Notes under the pieces: generated by a model
Seen by the model: only the letters and a program-made list of their open reading frames with translations
Databases searched by the model: none
What the model was told of the DNA's origin: nothing
Shown here: positions 1 to 9,885 of the stretch, piece by piece
How positions within the stretch are numbered: position 1 is the stretch's first letter
How the letters are laid out: each line of letters starts with the position of its first letter
Source: Candidatus Poribacteria bacterium
GTDB lineage: Bacteria; Poribacteria; WGA-4E; WGA-3G
Assembly (NCBI GenBank): GCA_965215265.1
Contig: OZ244048.1
Span: 3,168,001 to 3,232,000, forward strand
DNA: 64,000 bases
Reading direction: 5' to 3'
Translations under genes and position numbers: made by a program

Positions 1-5
1 TTGAC

Positions 6-788
6 ATGCTAACGCAAGAACAGGTCGATTTTTACCACGAGAACGGCTATCTCAAAGTGGAGCAGCTCTTCAGCCCGGAGGAGACGAAGGAACTGGCCTC
101 CGAAATGGTGCAGATTATCAACAATTGGGGGCAGGAAACGATCGGATGGCCCGGGCCGTGGCGGCAACGTTACCTCAAGGAAGAGGACCAGCAGACGACT
201 AAGGCGGTCTTCATGCACAACCCACATTTCTATTCAGCTACGTGGGGCCGTGTAATTTTTCACGAAAGACTGACGGGTGGTGTTCAAGCCCTTATCGGGG
301 ATACTATCCAGTGGCACCATACCGTACTACACGCGAAGCCGCCGGAAAAAGGCACCCCGTTCCCGATGCATCAGGATTATCCGTTCTATCCACACGATGG
401 GCTTGACTTCGTGGATTGCCTCGTACATCTTGATGACGCGCCCTTTGAGAGCGGGGCACTGCGCGTTGTACCCGGAAGCCATAAGGAGGGACCGCGGGAA
501 CATGTCACCGGAGAAGGGACGGCACCTCATCTACCGACGGATAAGTATCATCCGGATTTCATCGATTCCATTCCGATACCGGCGAAGGCGGGCGATGTGA
601 TTTTTTTCAGTTACTGTCTCATCCACTGGTCAGAAGTGAATCGGACAGATCAGTGGCGGAAGGCGGTCCGCTTCGGATTCCACAAACCGGAAATGCGCCC
701 GGTCGGACGCGACCCAAAAGAAGCTTACAACAGCATTGTCGCAGGCGGGTTTAAATCGAACCCTGAGGCTAGAGATACGCTCGCTTAG
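6..788 (+). CDS. Phytanoyl-CoA dioxygenase (PhyH) family Fe(II)/2OG oxygenase
   Basis: KPP..G.P.PMHQD (HxD), LDDA...G.L.VVPGSH and distal His (IHWS..N) motifs. Confidence 0.9.
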   Translation: MLTQEQVDFYHENGYLKVEQLFSPEETKELASEMVQIINNWGQETIGWPGPWRQRYLKEEDQQTTKAVFMHNPHFYSATWGRVIFHERLTGGVQALIGDTIQWHHTVLHAKPPEKGTPFPMHQDYPFYPHDGLDFVDCLVHLDDAPFESGALRVVPGSHKEGPREHVTGEGTAPHLPTDKYHPDFIDSIPIPAKAGDVIFFSYCLIHWSEVNRTDQWRKAVRFGFHKPEMRPVGRDPKEAYNSIVAGGFKSNPEARDTLA

Positions 789-848
789 CACCGAACCTGA
801 TGAGGCAGATGCTTCGCCTACAGTCATTTCCTAATGTCACCATCACAA

Positions 849-883
849 GAAAAAAAGGGGCGGAAACGTACGTTCCGCCCCTT
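849..883 (-). terminator. Rho-independent terminator for the minus-strand genes at 908-2138
   Basis: Inverted repeat AAGGGGCGGAA / TTCCGCCCCTT with an A-tract on the left (a U-tract on the minus strand). Confidence 0.7.
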
Positions 884-907
884 GTCATATTGTTCTTGCT
901 AAGTCTA

Positions 908-1107
908 TCAGCGACGTTTTATGTTGCCCCATGTCGTTGACAGTTTGCCCCCCATTGTTTCAGGCATGTAACGTTCTCCGGAGGCTCCTGTAGTGTGCCT
1001 AAAGCGGATGCCTGATGCCTCAGTGACATCCACAAATTTTACACTTGCACTTGCACGGAGACAAATACAGATGAGGATGCCTGCGAGAATAAATTTCTGA
1101 ACGTGCA
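908..1107 (-). pseudogene. Internally deleted CRTAC1/ASPIC-UnbV-like secreted protein remnant
   Basis: Signal-like hydrophobic stretch, then FVDVTEASGIRFRHTTGASGERYMPETMG (typical N-terminus of this family) joined directly to the C-terminal GKLSTTWGNIKRR; start position approximate. Confidence 0.55.
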
Positions 1108-1139
1108 CAGCCAAACTGTGTTTTTCGACGTATAAGTTA

Positions 1140-2138
1140 TCAGGTTTTGTAAAATTCAACCACTGTGCCTGCCATATCTGCAACTTTGTCTATAAGTTGA
1201 TTCCGTTCATCATCATCCATGCCGGAAAAAGTTTTGGCGAGGTCAATTTTTTCCTGCATCTGCTCGGCATTATCTGGCCCCGTAACCAAGGTGCTGACCG
1301 GCAGCGACCAGACAAACCGCATCGCTTCAGCAATGCTGACACGATCCGGCACTATTTTTGGGTTTGGTCCATGCTGTCCATGTCTGGTCCCGCCGAAGAA
1401 CCCTCCATTCGCCAATGCTTTCATACCAATTACCCCTATGTTTCGTTCAACGAGCGTGGGTACAACTCTTTCTATAAAGCTCTCGTAGCTGACATCAACA
1501 AGGTTGACTGATAATTGACAAGTATCGAAAATATCCGTTCGCTCCAGCACGCGTTCATGTGCAGCTGGGCTGGCGTGCCCAGTAAATCCAATATAGCGAG
1601 TTTTTCCGGATTCCTTTGCTTCGCGCATCACGTCAAAAACGCCATTGTCAATGCGTCCATCAACGTCAGCCGCATCCTGAACTGAGTGCACCTGCCACAG
1701 GTCCAGGTGAGTTGTATTGAGGCGGTTGAGAGATTCCTCTAGGTGTTGTCTCGCGAGTTCAGCACTTCGTGCGGTTGTTTTCGTCATGAGAAAAACATCA
1801 TCGCGATATTTCGGTACGAGCAGTTTTCCTAATCGACTTTCGCTCCGTTCATTATTTTCCCGGTAAGATTCGGCGCTATCAAAGAAGCGCACGCCGCCTT
1901 CAAGAGCGGTTTCAATGGTTTTCTGGGCTTCTGTTTCGCTCATTTTTACGATATGCCATCCACCCACACCGAGCATTGTCACTGCTTCCCCGGTCCGCCC
2001 AAGCCTCCGAGTTGGCAGGAGGGGCCCTAACCGGTCGCTGGTGCTGCCTTCTTCGCCGGCTTCTGCACAGGCGGACGATAGAAGCAACCCGGTCGTTAAA
2101 CCAGCCATCGATTTTAGAAATTCACGTCGATCTATCAT
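1140..2138 (-). CDS. Aldo/keto reductase with a Tat-like signal
   Basis: DRREFLK twin-arginine motif; RRLGRTG, FFDSAESY, SLNRLNTTHLDLWQVH and GKTRYIGFTGH motifs. Confidence 0.9.
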   Translation of the reverse strand: MIDRREFLKSMAGLTTGLLLSSACAEAGEEGSTSDRLGPLLPTRRLGRTGEAVTMLGVGGWHIVKMSETEAQKTIETALEGGVRFFDSAESYRENNERSESRLGKLLVPKYRDDVFLMTKTTARSAELARQHLEESLNRLNTTHLDLWQVHSVQDAADVDGRIDNGVFDVMREAKESGKTRYIGFTGHASPAAHERVLERTDIFDTCQLSVNLVDVSYESFIERVVPTLVERNIGVIGMKALANGGFFGGTRHGQHGPNPKIVPDRVSIAEAMRFVWSLPVSTLVTGPDNAEQMQEKIDLAKTFSGMDDDERNQLIDKVADMAGTVVEFYKT

Positions 2139-2301
2139 GGTTTATACCTCCTAATTTTCTTTTTATCTTATCGTATTTCTAAATTTTTGTCAAGAAAAAA
2201 TAGAGGGAGCGGATGTTCCACGCGCAACCGATAATCTGCTATCTCAACGCATCTTTTACAATCCTGCAAATCGGCCTCACAATCTTAACATAAATTTTTG
2301 C

Positions 2302-2330
2302 TTGACCTAAAAGGTTGTTTGATATAAAAT
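2302..2330 (+). promoter_or_regulatory. sigma70-type promoter
   Basis: TTGACC-17 nt-TAAAAT upstream of 2384. Confidence 0.55.
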
Positions 2331-2383
2331 AATTTTGCATATCGGGCAAACGTACCAAAATCTTATAAAAGCGACATGTTTAT

Positions 2384-3127
2384 ATGATGGAAAACAGAAC
2401 ACGCCAACCCATCCCTGAGAAACTCGTTGTTCTCACTTTTGATGATGGCTGCAAATCGCAAGCAACCTTCGTTGCACCGCTCTTAATGCACTACGGTTTC
2501 GGTGCAACCTTTTATATTACCGAAGGACTCGGTTTCCTCAACAATAAAGAGGCATACATGACCTGGGAAGAGGTGCGCGGGTTACACGAGGCGGGTTTTG
2601 AAATTGGGAATCACACGCGTCACCATCGCAACGTCACGCAGCAGACTGCCGAGGAACTTGAAGCTGATTTGCACCATATTGACGTGCGTTGTGAGGAATA
2701 TGGTATTTCGTGTCCGACAACCTTCTGTTATCCCGGCTATAGTCACGGTGAAGCGGCTGTCGAGGTGATTGCTTCACACGGTTTCCATTTTGCCCGGCGC
2801 GGTGTCTCTCCTGAATTTCCTTATAATGGGGAAGGGGGGCGCGGTCCTGCCTATAATCCGACACGGCACCATCCACTCCTCATCCCGACTACTGGTGCTT
2901 CAGGCCCCAATTGGAATTTTGACGATTTCACCTGGGCGCTTTCGCAGGCAACAGCTGGAAATATTCCAATTCTGACCTTCCATGGTGTCCCTGATCTGGA
3001 GCATCCCTGGGTTCACACAGAGCCTGAGACGTTTGAAACCTATATGGCATATCTGGCCGATAAAGGCTATACTGCAATTGCTCTCCGAGACCTCAGCCCC
3101 TATATTCTCCCCTATCATCCGTCTTAG
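2384..3127 (+). CDS. Polysaccharide deacetylase (NodB/CE4) family
   Basis: VVLTFDDG, EIGNHTRHH, FCYPG and ILTFHG motifs. Confidence 0.9.
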   Translation: MMENRTRQPIPEKLVVLTFDDGCKSQATFVAPLLMHYGFGATFYITEGLGFLNNKEAYMTWEEVRGLHEAGFEIGNHTRHHRNVTQQTAEELEADLHHIDVRCEEYGISCPTTFCYPGYSHGEAAVEVIASHGFHFARRGVSPEFPYNGEGGRGPAYNPTRHHPLLIPTTGASGPNWNFDDFTWALSQATAGNIPILTFHGVPDLEHPWVHTEPETFETYMAYLADKGYTAIALRDLSPYILPYHPS

Positions 3128-3748
3128 TAGTCCGCAACGCCTTGTGGTTATACGTGTTTTTTTTATAGTGCTGCCGACCTCATCGCGTGCAAGTAATAGA
3201 CTGCAGATGCGCCGATGTATCCGTGAGGGGCTTCGCACATAGTTTTTGATACAAATTTGTCTAATTTTTTTAATAGAAAAAATATAATTCTGCAAAATAT
3301 ACAGATTATAATTTCATAGAATAGGGAAAAGCGCCTGTTTTTCCCTATGCACCTCGGATTTACGCGAGAAGTTCCGCTATGAAAATCGTAATTATACAGT
3401 AGATTTTTAAGGACTTGGTCATTGTGCTCTACGAGGTTTCTGCCCTCGACTCCCGAGGTAGTTTTTTTTGGTCATCGATTTCTCGTGAAAATATGTTGAT
3501 GCAAATAGTTAAAAAGTGCTATAATATCTTTAATGGAAAAATTGTCCTTGAGAATTGCCTTCCAACGATCGAATGGGGCACCTCTCCTTTTAGGACATTT
3601 CCGCGGTTAAGCCAATATTTTTGGCGAATGGATGTATGTCTAAACACAAAGTGCAGAATCGAGAAATGAATCGGCTTTGTCGTTTTAGTGAAAACCTATC
3701 ATTCTTTGTAAATTTTTACTTTCAAATTTAGAAGAAGGAGCCTTAGAA

Positions 3749-4591
3749 ATGCTTAAATTTCAGATAGTCCTAGTTACTATTCTAGTCGGTTGTATCGCTT
3801 TCGTATCGTGTGAGCGGACACAGAAAATGTTAGCCCCGATGGGCGATGATATGATGATGGGCGATGATGGCACAATGAATGTTGTGGATACGGTGAGTCA
3901 CAAGACGTGGCAGAGTGTCGCCCTTCCGGCACCAGGGCCACAAGATCAAGCGATGAGTGCAGCAGGAACCGGTGCAGTTCACGGTCTGGGTACCCGCACT
4001 GTCTATTTCAACGAGATTAGTGTCTCGGCAAATGCAACGGGGACAGCGTATCCGGTTGGAAGTATAATCGTTAAGGAGATAATGGATGATACGAACATGT
4101 TTGTGGCAAAAATCGCGACGATGACGAAGAGCGCGGATCCGATGTACGCTGCCCACAACGGCTGGATGTATGCGAAATATGCGCGTGCGTCAGAGACAGC
4201 GGATTACGCGCCGGTCGGTGGCGATGTTGCCGAACGTGGTAGTGCAGGGTGCCACGGCTGCCATGCTAAAGCCACAAATGACAGTGTTTTCGTCTCTCTT
4301 GCCACAGCGGATGCTGACATGGATGCCGACATGACTGGCATGGATACTGGCATGGATACTGGCATGGATACTGATGTGGATACTGATGTGGATACTGGCA
4401 TGGATGCTGATGTGGATACTGGCATGGATGCTGATATGGATACTGACATGGATGCTGATATGGACGCTGATATGGATACTGACATGGATGCTGACATGGA
4501 TGCTGACATGGATGCTGATATGGATACCGCAGCGGACGAGAGCGAGGCAGAGCCTACCGTTACCGAGGCTGAAGAGGTTATCCAGAATTGA
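3749..4591 (+). CDS. Cytochrome P460-family c-type cytochrome lipoprotein with an Asp/Met-rich repeat tail
   Basis: Lipobox-like FVSC; YPVGSIIVKE and GWMYAKY segments; CHGCH heme-binding motif near the end of the domain; tetrapeptide repeats afterwards. Confidence 0.7.
   Translation: MLKFQIVLVTILVGCIAFVSCERTQKMLAPMGDDMMMGDDGTMNVVDTVSHKTWQSVALPAPGPQDQAMSAAGTGAVHGLGTRTVYFNEISVSANATGTAYPVGSIIVKEIMDDTNMFVAKIATMTKSADPMYAAHNGWMYAKYARASETADYAPVGGDVAERGSAGCHGCHAKATNDSVFVSLATADADMDADMTGMDTGMDTGMDTDVDTDVDTGMDADVDTGMDADMDTDMDADMDADMDTDMDADMDADMDADMDTAADESEAEPTVTEAEEVIQN
4310..4528 (+). repeat. 12-bp coding minisatellite (GAT GCT/ACT GAC/GAT/GGC ATG/GTG)
   Basis: About 18 imperfect units encoding DADM/DTGM/DTDV. 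Confidence 0.9.
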
Positions 4592-4640
4592 CACGGAGGA
4601 TGTCTCCGAAATTCTCGACTTCCATTTTGATGAGTTAATT

Positions 4641-4666
4641 GGGGAGTAGGTTCTTGACCTCTCCCC
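4641..4666. terminator. Hairpin after the cytochrome gene (terminator or REP-like)
   Basis: GGGGAG-TAGGT...ACCT-CTCCCC imperfect inverted repeat. Confidence 0.4.
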
Positions 4667-4853
4667 ATATCAAAACCGCGGGACGTTAGTTTGAAATAGA
4701 CAGTGGATCTCCGTGCAGCTGATGCGTACCTTGTGATTTAAGGTAGAGAGCGTTTTGAATTTGACATTAATTTGTAATCACTTGAGAAGGTGTAAGACGG
4801 ACTGACGGATGATACTCCGTTTAATATATTTGAATCGCATATAGGAGTCAACA

Positions 4854-5081
4854 ATGGGTCCTATATTCATTGTTGTTGCTATCAACATAAAGAGAGGATG
4901 GCTAAGAACCATCTGTTTCCTGATACCTATTATTGGATCTGTCGCCGGTGTAGTCGGAGCGGGTGAAATGGTTTTTGTAGCCCTGCTTTACCAAGCCATT
5001 GGATGGATAGTATGGATCGCTGTTGGATATGCTATCCGTTTCGGCATTCGATATGTTAAGCAACGGCTCGAAAAACAGTAA
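4854..5081 (+). CDS. Small hypothetical membrane protein
   Basis: AGGAG RBS; 2-3 hydrophobic segments. Confidence 0.55.
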   Translation: MGPIFIVVAINIKRGWLRTICFLIPIIGSVAGVVGAGEMVFVALLYQAIGWIVWIAVGYAIRFGIRYVKQRLEKQ

Positions 5082-5410
5082 TTCTCACTAACTGCGAGGG
5101 GAGACTTCCACTTTCCCTTCTAACCTCTATACTGATCTAAACGAATGCAAGCGAGTCACCATTGTCGAAAAAATTGACAGTTTTCGCCTTGCGTTAGATA
5201 TAAATGCGAATCACACAGCAGATAAGCATGTAGTTATCGAAAGATATAACACAGAAAAAGAAGCTATTGCTGCTTTTGAGAGTATCTCGAAATTATTAGG
5301 CTCGCTGTACCTGACAGAGATAAACCCACCTGTTAGATCGTCTTCCGGTTTACCATTTGGATTTGAGCGTCATAGTGAACCCTTTCGGTGAAAGACCTCC
5401 GGGCATTTGA

Positions 5411-6820
5411 CTAATAGGGTGTTCCGCGTGTTGTCAACGAGCACCAGCGCGATGAAAACAGGTGGTTGAAGAGCACGTCTTGTGCATCCGGTGTCTTAAT
5501 CTCCATTAACGCCAATGCCGCGTGAAAACGGACATATCGGTTTTCATCCTCCAGTGTCGCAATAAGCGTAGGTATCGCTGGTTCCGCGAGTGTGCCCAAT
5601 TTCGCTAAAGCGCGTGCAGCGTTATCGCGCACCCAATGGTAGTCATCATTCAAGCCATCTATCAGGACTTGTACCGCTTCTGCTAAATCAATCTCTTCAT
5701 CGACTTGTTGCCCGATAAGGCCTAATCCCTCTATTGCGTGTCGCCGGACCCATTCAGATTTATCTTGTGCTGCCCGCGTCAAAGTCGGTATTGCCGTCTG
5801 CGCAGTTTTTCCCATATCCGCCAAGGCATACGCCGCCGTAGCCCTAACCGAATCTGATGAGGTATCAAGTGCATCGATTAAAGTCGGTACAGCAGGTTCT
5901 CCTGCAATGCTTAAGGCGTAACCTGCGTAGTTTCGGATAGTATCAGAGCTGCCATGCAATGCCTGTTTCAGCATAGGAATGGTAGGTTTTCCACTCTTCC
6001 CGAGACAATAGGCAGCGTTCAACCGTGCCCTTTCATCATCGTCTTGCAAAGTTTCAAGCAGTGTGTTAACTTCAGTATCTGACACGCTGCCGGTGGCTCG
6101 ATGCTGTTTTCCGTGAAACCAATCCCATATTGATTCCCACATTATGGGGTGTCTTGCTGCATCTGCTCCGTTGCTAAGGGCTTCCCATTCAGCCATCTCG
6201 CTGTTCCATGACGGTGTTTTAGGTTCGTCTAAGCGAGAAAAGAGAAACTTCAACATATACCGTTTTTTGTCGCTCCGATTTGGCATCGCCCTGTGCCAGA
6301 GATCGTAGTGGACAATGGTTACCGTGCCGGCTTCCCCACAGAGTGCCAATTCTGGCTGTTTATGTGCGCTCTCGCCGGTGTCGTAATATTGGGAACCCGG
6401 TAACACAGCGGTGGGTCCCATATCTTCGGTAACATGTTGTGGATAATAAAACGCCATTGTCCAGCGGCATCGGTGCCTCCGAATCTGCTCATCGCCTTCG
6501 TAGGTATCCTTATGAAAATTCTGTCCTTCGCTGCCTTGCTGATTGTAATGGCAGTAACGGTGGGGGTGCATCACATAGTTTTCACCCAGTACTCCTTGCA
6601 TCGCGCCGTGGACCACCGGATGATCGAAGACATCCTGGATTTCCGGTATAAGTGGCAGTACATTATTGCCCAAGTTGCCTGTCTGCTCAAACATCTCATC
6701 CAGCTGCTGGTAAATTTTCTGGTGAAAACTTAGCGGAAAGTCTGTTTTCACCTTAACGTACCCATTGATGATGAAATCCCGCATCTCTCCATCTGTCAGT
6801 TTCAGTGTGTCAGTATTCAT
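5411..6820 (-). CDS. PhyH-like dioxygenase fused to HEAT/PBS-lyase repeats
   Basis: FHKD, GPTAVLPGS and HYDLWHRA motifs; C-terminal repeats of VR..AA.AL. Confidence 0.85.
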   Translation of the reverse strand: MNTDTLKLTDGEMRDFIINGYVKVKTDFPLSFHQKIYQQLDEMFEQTGNLGNNVLPLIPEIQDVFDHPVVHGAMQGVLGENYVMHPHRYCHYNQQGSEGQNFHKDTYEGDEQIRRHRCRWTMAFYYPQHVTEDMGPTAVLPGSQYYDTGESAHKQPELALCGEAGTVTIVHYDLWHRAMPNRSDKKRYMLKFLFSRLDEPKTPSWNSEMAEWEALSNGADAARHPIMWESIWDWFHGKQHRATGSVSDTEVNTLLETLQDDDERARLNAAYCLGKSGKPTIPMLKQALHGSSDTIRNYAGYALSIAGEPAVPTLIDALDTSSDSVRATAAYALADMGKTAQTAIPTLTRAAQDKSEWVRRHAIEGLGLIGQQVDEEIDLAEAVQVLIDGLNDDYHWVRDNAARALAKLGTLAEPAIPTLIATLEDENRYVRFHAALALMEIKTPDAQDVLFNHLFSSRWCSLTTRGTPY

Positions 6821-7011
6821 ATTGTGCGGCCTCCTTCTATTTCATGGTGAAAGTATAGCAGCAAAGAAATAGGAAGTCAAGTTGTAAAACAAGGCTTCAT
6901 ATCCCGGAGCAGAATGGCCCCATTAAAACTGCCACTTACCAACAACGTACTGTCCGGGGAAAGGGTGGCCTCTTGAAGAACGGTTGCAATATACCTGAAG
7001 CTGCCTAGCAA

Positions 7012-7039
7012 AACCACGGTTTTTCACAAACCGTGGTTT
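7012..7039. promoter_or_regulatory. Perfect inverted repeat in a divergent intergenic region
   Basis: AAACCACGGTTT...AAACCGTGGTTT. Confidence 0.4.
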
Positions 7040-7234
7040 CTCTTTGCTTTATATCTACAATTCTGATATACTATTTTTGTCAGCAGTAGTGATAAGGTAG
7101 GGGTATCAAGGTAGAATGTCCGTGTGGGATTCAGCGAGCATGAAAGTCTTTGTACCGAGCTCGGAAGCGACGGTATCCGTTCGCTCTTCACTCACGAACT
7201 GAGAGGCTTTTTAACTATTTTGGAGGAAAATTGC

Positions 7235-8206
7235 ATGAGTACATCCGAAAGAAAGTGGGATGGAACGTTGGTTCGCTATCCGGACCCGGCGATTGAAGTG
7301 ATTGATTCTCGCTTTGCGAAATACAAAATTGGCAATTCGGTTGTAGAAAGGTTGTGGACCGGTGCGCGCTGGTCGGAGGGCCCTGTTTGGTTCGGCGATG
7401 GCGGCTATCTACTCTGGAGCGATATTCCCAACAATCGCATCCTGAAATGGGAGGAGGCCACCGGTGCTGTGAGTGTCTATCGCCAGCCGTCAAATTATAG
7501 CAATGGACATACTCGCGACCGGCAAGGGAGACTCATCAGTTGTGAGCACGGTGCGCGGCGTGTCACACGCACAGAGTATGACGGCACTATTACCGTCCTG
7601 ATAGATAGTTTTGAGGAGAAACCGCTCAATGCTCCAAACGATGTAGCCGTTCACCCCGATGGACATATCTGGTTTACCGATCCGGGCTATGGGATTATGC
7701 TCAATTACGAAGGACACATAGCCGAATTTGAACTGCCGACTTGTGTTTATCGACTCAATCCGGAGACTGGCGAAGCAACTGTTGTCACGGATGAACTTGA
7801 GAAGCCTAATGGTATCTGCTTTTCCCCCGATTATAAAAAACTCTATCTCGTTGATACGGGTGTCACGCATAAAGAAGGAACCCCTCGGCACCTGTTTGTC
7901 TACGATGTGGTAGATAACGCCCAGTTGGACAACAAACAGGTGTTCTGTGATATGGCCCCCGGCATCGCGGATGGCATCCGCTGCGATATAGATGGTAATC
8001 TCTGGGCCAGTGCCGGATGGGTCGGAGAAGGGTACGATGGCGTGCATGTCTTCGCGCCAGATGGGGAGCTCATCGGGAAGATTCACTTACCTGAAATCTG
8101 TGCTAACCTCTGCTTCGGCGGAGTCAAACGGAATCGGTTATTCATGACTGGAAGCCAATCTCTCTACTCCGTTTATGTAGAGGCGCAAGGTGTGCGTTTG
8201 TTCTAA
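7235..8206 (+). CDS. SMP-30/gluconolactonase family protein
   Basis: GGAGG RBS before ATG 7235; WSEGPVW, SNG, PNDVAV, KPNGICFSPD and ADGIRCD motifs. Confidence 0.92.
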   Translation: MSTSERKWDGTLVRYPDPAIEVIDSRFAKYKIGNSVVERLWTGARWSEGPVWFGDGGYLLWSDIPNNRILKWEEATGAVSVYRQPSNYSNGHTRDRQGRLISCEHGARRVTRTEYDGTITVLIDSFEEKPLNAPNDVAVHPDGHIWFTDPGYGIMLNYEGHIAEFELPTCVYRLNPETGEATVVTDELEKPNGICFSPDYKKLYLVDTGVTHKEGTPRHLFVYDVVDNAQLDNKQVFCDMAPGIADGIRCDIDGNLWASAGWVGEGYDGVHVFAPDGELIGKIHLPEICANLCFGGVKRNRLFMTGSQSLYSVYVEAQGVRLF

Positions 8207-8595
8207 CCGGCTGAGAAACTTTCAAAAGCGAATTTATTAACAAATTAAAACCGATGCTAACAGACAACCTTGAGTATATAAACTGCCCGACCTGTGAACG
8301 CGATGATGAAAAAAAACTGTTTACTAAAGACGCACTTTCAGTGGTTGCGTGTAATCGGCGGAGTCAAACGGAATCGGTTATTCATGACTGGAAGCCAATC
8401 TCTCTACTCCGTTTATGTAGAGGCGCAAGGTGTGCGTTTGTTCTAACCGGCTGAGAAACTTTCAAAAGCGAATTTATTAACAAATTAAAACCGATGCTAA
8501 CAGACAACCTTGAGTATATAAACTGCCCGACCTGTGAACGCGATGATGAAAAAAAACTGTTTACTAAAGACGCACTTTCAGTGGTTGCGTGTAAT
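8115..8595. repeat. Exact 240-bp tandem duplication
   Basis: 8115-8355 is identical to 8355-8595; it spans the gluconolactonase 3' end and the methyltransferase 5' end. Confidence 0.97.
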
Positions 8596-9312
8596 AGGTG
8601 TGGGTTGCGGTATGTGAATCCTCGCATTCGTGAAAAAAAGCTAGAAGAGAGTTACGTTGAAGGCTACTATCCGCCTGAGAAAATTGAACGTATCCGGACT
8701 GACAGCATGGAGTGGCTGCAGATGGCGGAACGCCTGACCGAATTGGAGAAATATGTTCCTAAGAAGGGATACCTGCTGGATGTCGGGTGCGGCATTGGGA
8801 CGTTTCTGCATCTGGCAGAGGAGCGAGATTGGAAGACATCCGGCATTGAGCCCTCAAAGAGTGGTGTCGCTTTTGCGAAGCAAGCCTATGAATTGGATGT
8901 GCTGTGTGGGGATCTCTTCACTGCTGATTTCCCTGCAGCGCATTTTGACGCGGTGACTGCCTACCACGTGCTGGAGCATATCTCTGACTTAAATCCGTTC
9001 CTTGAGGAAATCCGGCGGCTTTTGAAACCGGAAACCGGAAAATTGGTGATTGAAGTACCGAACGGCGGGAGCCTGCAGAGCCGTCTTCAAAAGGCGGATT
9101 GGCCCTATGTCCATCCCCAAGATCATCTCTACTATTTTTCTGCCAGCACGTTGCCGAAGTTGCTTCGGAAACACGGTTTCCGGCATATCACTTTGGGCAG
9201 CCCGAGGCGTGTCGGTCCGAAAGCGGGGGTACGTTTCGGACTTCGCCGCGCGACAACCCGGGTGCTGGTCCGCTTGCACTTAGGGACTGTTATTCGTGTA
9301 TATGCGAGCTAG
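8494..9312 (+). CDS. Class I SAM-dependent methyltransferase with an N-terminal Zn-ribbon
   Basis: CPTC...CNRC; LLDVGCGIG; HVLEHI; HLYYFS. Confidence 0.9.
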   Translation: MLTDNLEYINCPTCERDDEKKLFTKDALSVVACNRCGLRYVNPRIREKKLEESYVEGYYPPEKIERIRTDSMEWLQMAERLTELEKYVPKKGYLLDVGCGIGTFLHLAEERDWKTSGIEPSKSGVAFAKQAYELDVLCGDLFTADFPAAHFDAVTAYHVLEHISDLNPFLEEIRRLLKPETGKLVIEVPNGGSLQSRLQKADWPYVHPQDHLYYFSASTLPKLLRKHGFRHITLGSPRRVGPKAGVRFGLRRATTRVLVRLHLGTVIRVYAS

Positions 9313-9772
9313 GCGGCTGATATGAAAAGGTCTGTATGACATCATTTACCAGGAGCCTGTGTGCGATAGTTTCAAGCACTTCAGAGGTTAACTGTCCGGT
9401 GAGCCAATATTTATGTCCGGTGCGGACGGCCTTAACCCCTATAATGCCTAAATCTTTTATACCCTTGACGGTGCTATCGCCTACCGCGTCCGTGACACCA
9501 GGCTTGAATTGCACCTCAATTGTCCATTCATCTGTTTGCGAGACTTCGGAGGTGTAAGAATAGGTTTGTGTAATCGGATCTGCGAGGAGGTTGGTACTTA
9601 TTCGGTTAAGAGTTTGGGCATCGACATGGCCTTCAATCCAGTAGAGCGCAGCTGTACGCACAGAATTGATGCCACTGATACCGAGATCTTCGATATCCCC
9701 AAGGATGCCTTGCCCGACAGTATCAGGGACTTCAGGCTTATAGAAAATTTGAATTTTCCAATGAGTGGACAT
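9290..9772 (-). CDS. purS: Tandem double-PurS-like protein (FGAM synthase PurS subunit-like)
   Basis: Two repeats of KP.V.D.VG...I.DLGI.G...VRT...LL.(D/N)..(I)QT. Confidence 0.7.
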   Translation of the reverse strand: MSTHWKIQIFYKPEVPDTVGQGILGDIEDLGISGINSVRTAALYWIEGHVDAQTLNRISTNLLADPITQTYSYTSEVSQTDEWTIEVQFKPGVTDAVGDSTVKGIKDLGIIGVKAVRTGHKYWLTGQLTSEVLETIAHRLLVNDVIQTFSYQPPSSHIHE

Positions 9773-9885
9773 AATGTTTCGACTGGTATGCAGCCAGCCG
9801 CCTTATCTTTACCTCAATTAGGAGCGATATGTGCCCCGGAACGGTTTGGACAACCCGGAAACCGGGGGCGCTTAGGAAATGAACA

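Noticed and set aside
4190-4668. ORFs with SIHV/SMSA/WMLM repeats in alternative frames
   Set aside because: By-products of the 12-bp minisatellite in the cytochrome gene.
8254-8454. 66-aa ORF sharing the methyltransferase N-terminus
   Set aside because: Chimera created by the 240-bp duplication; not an independent gene.
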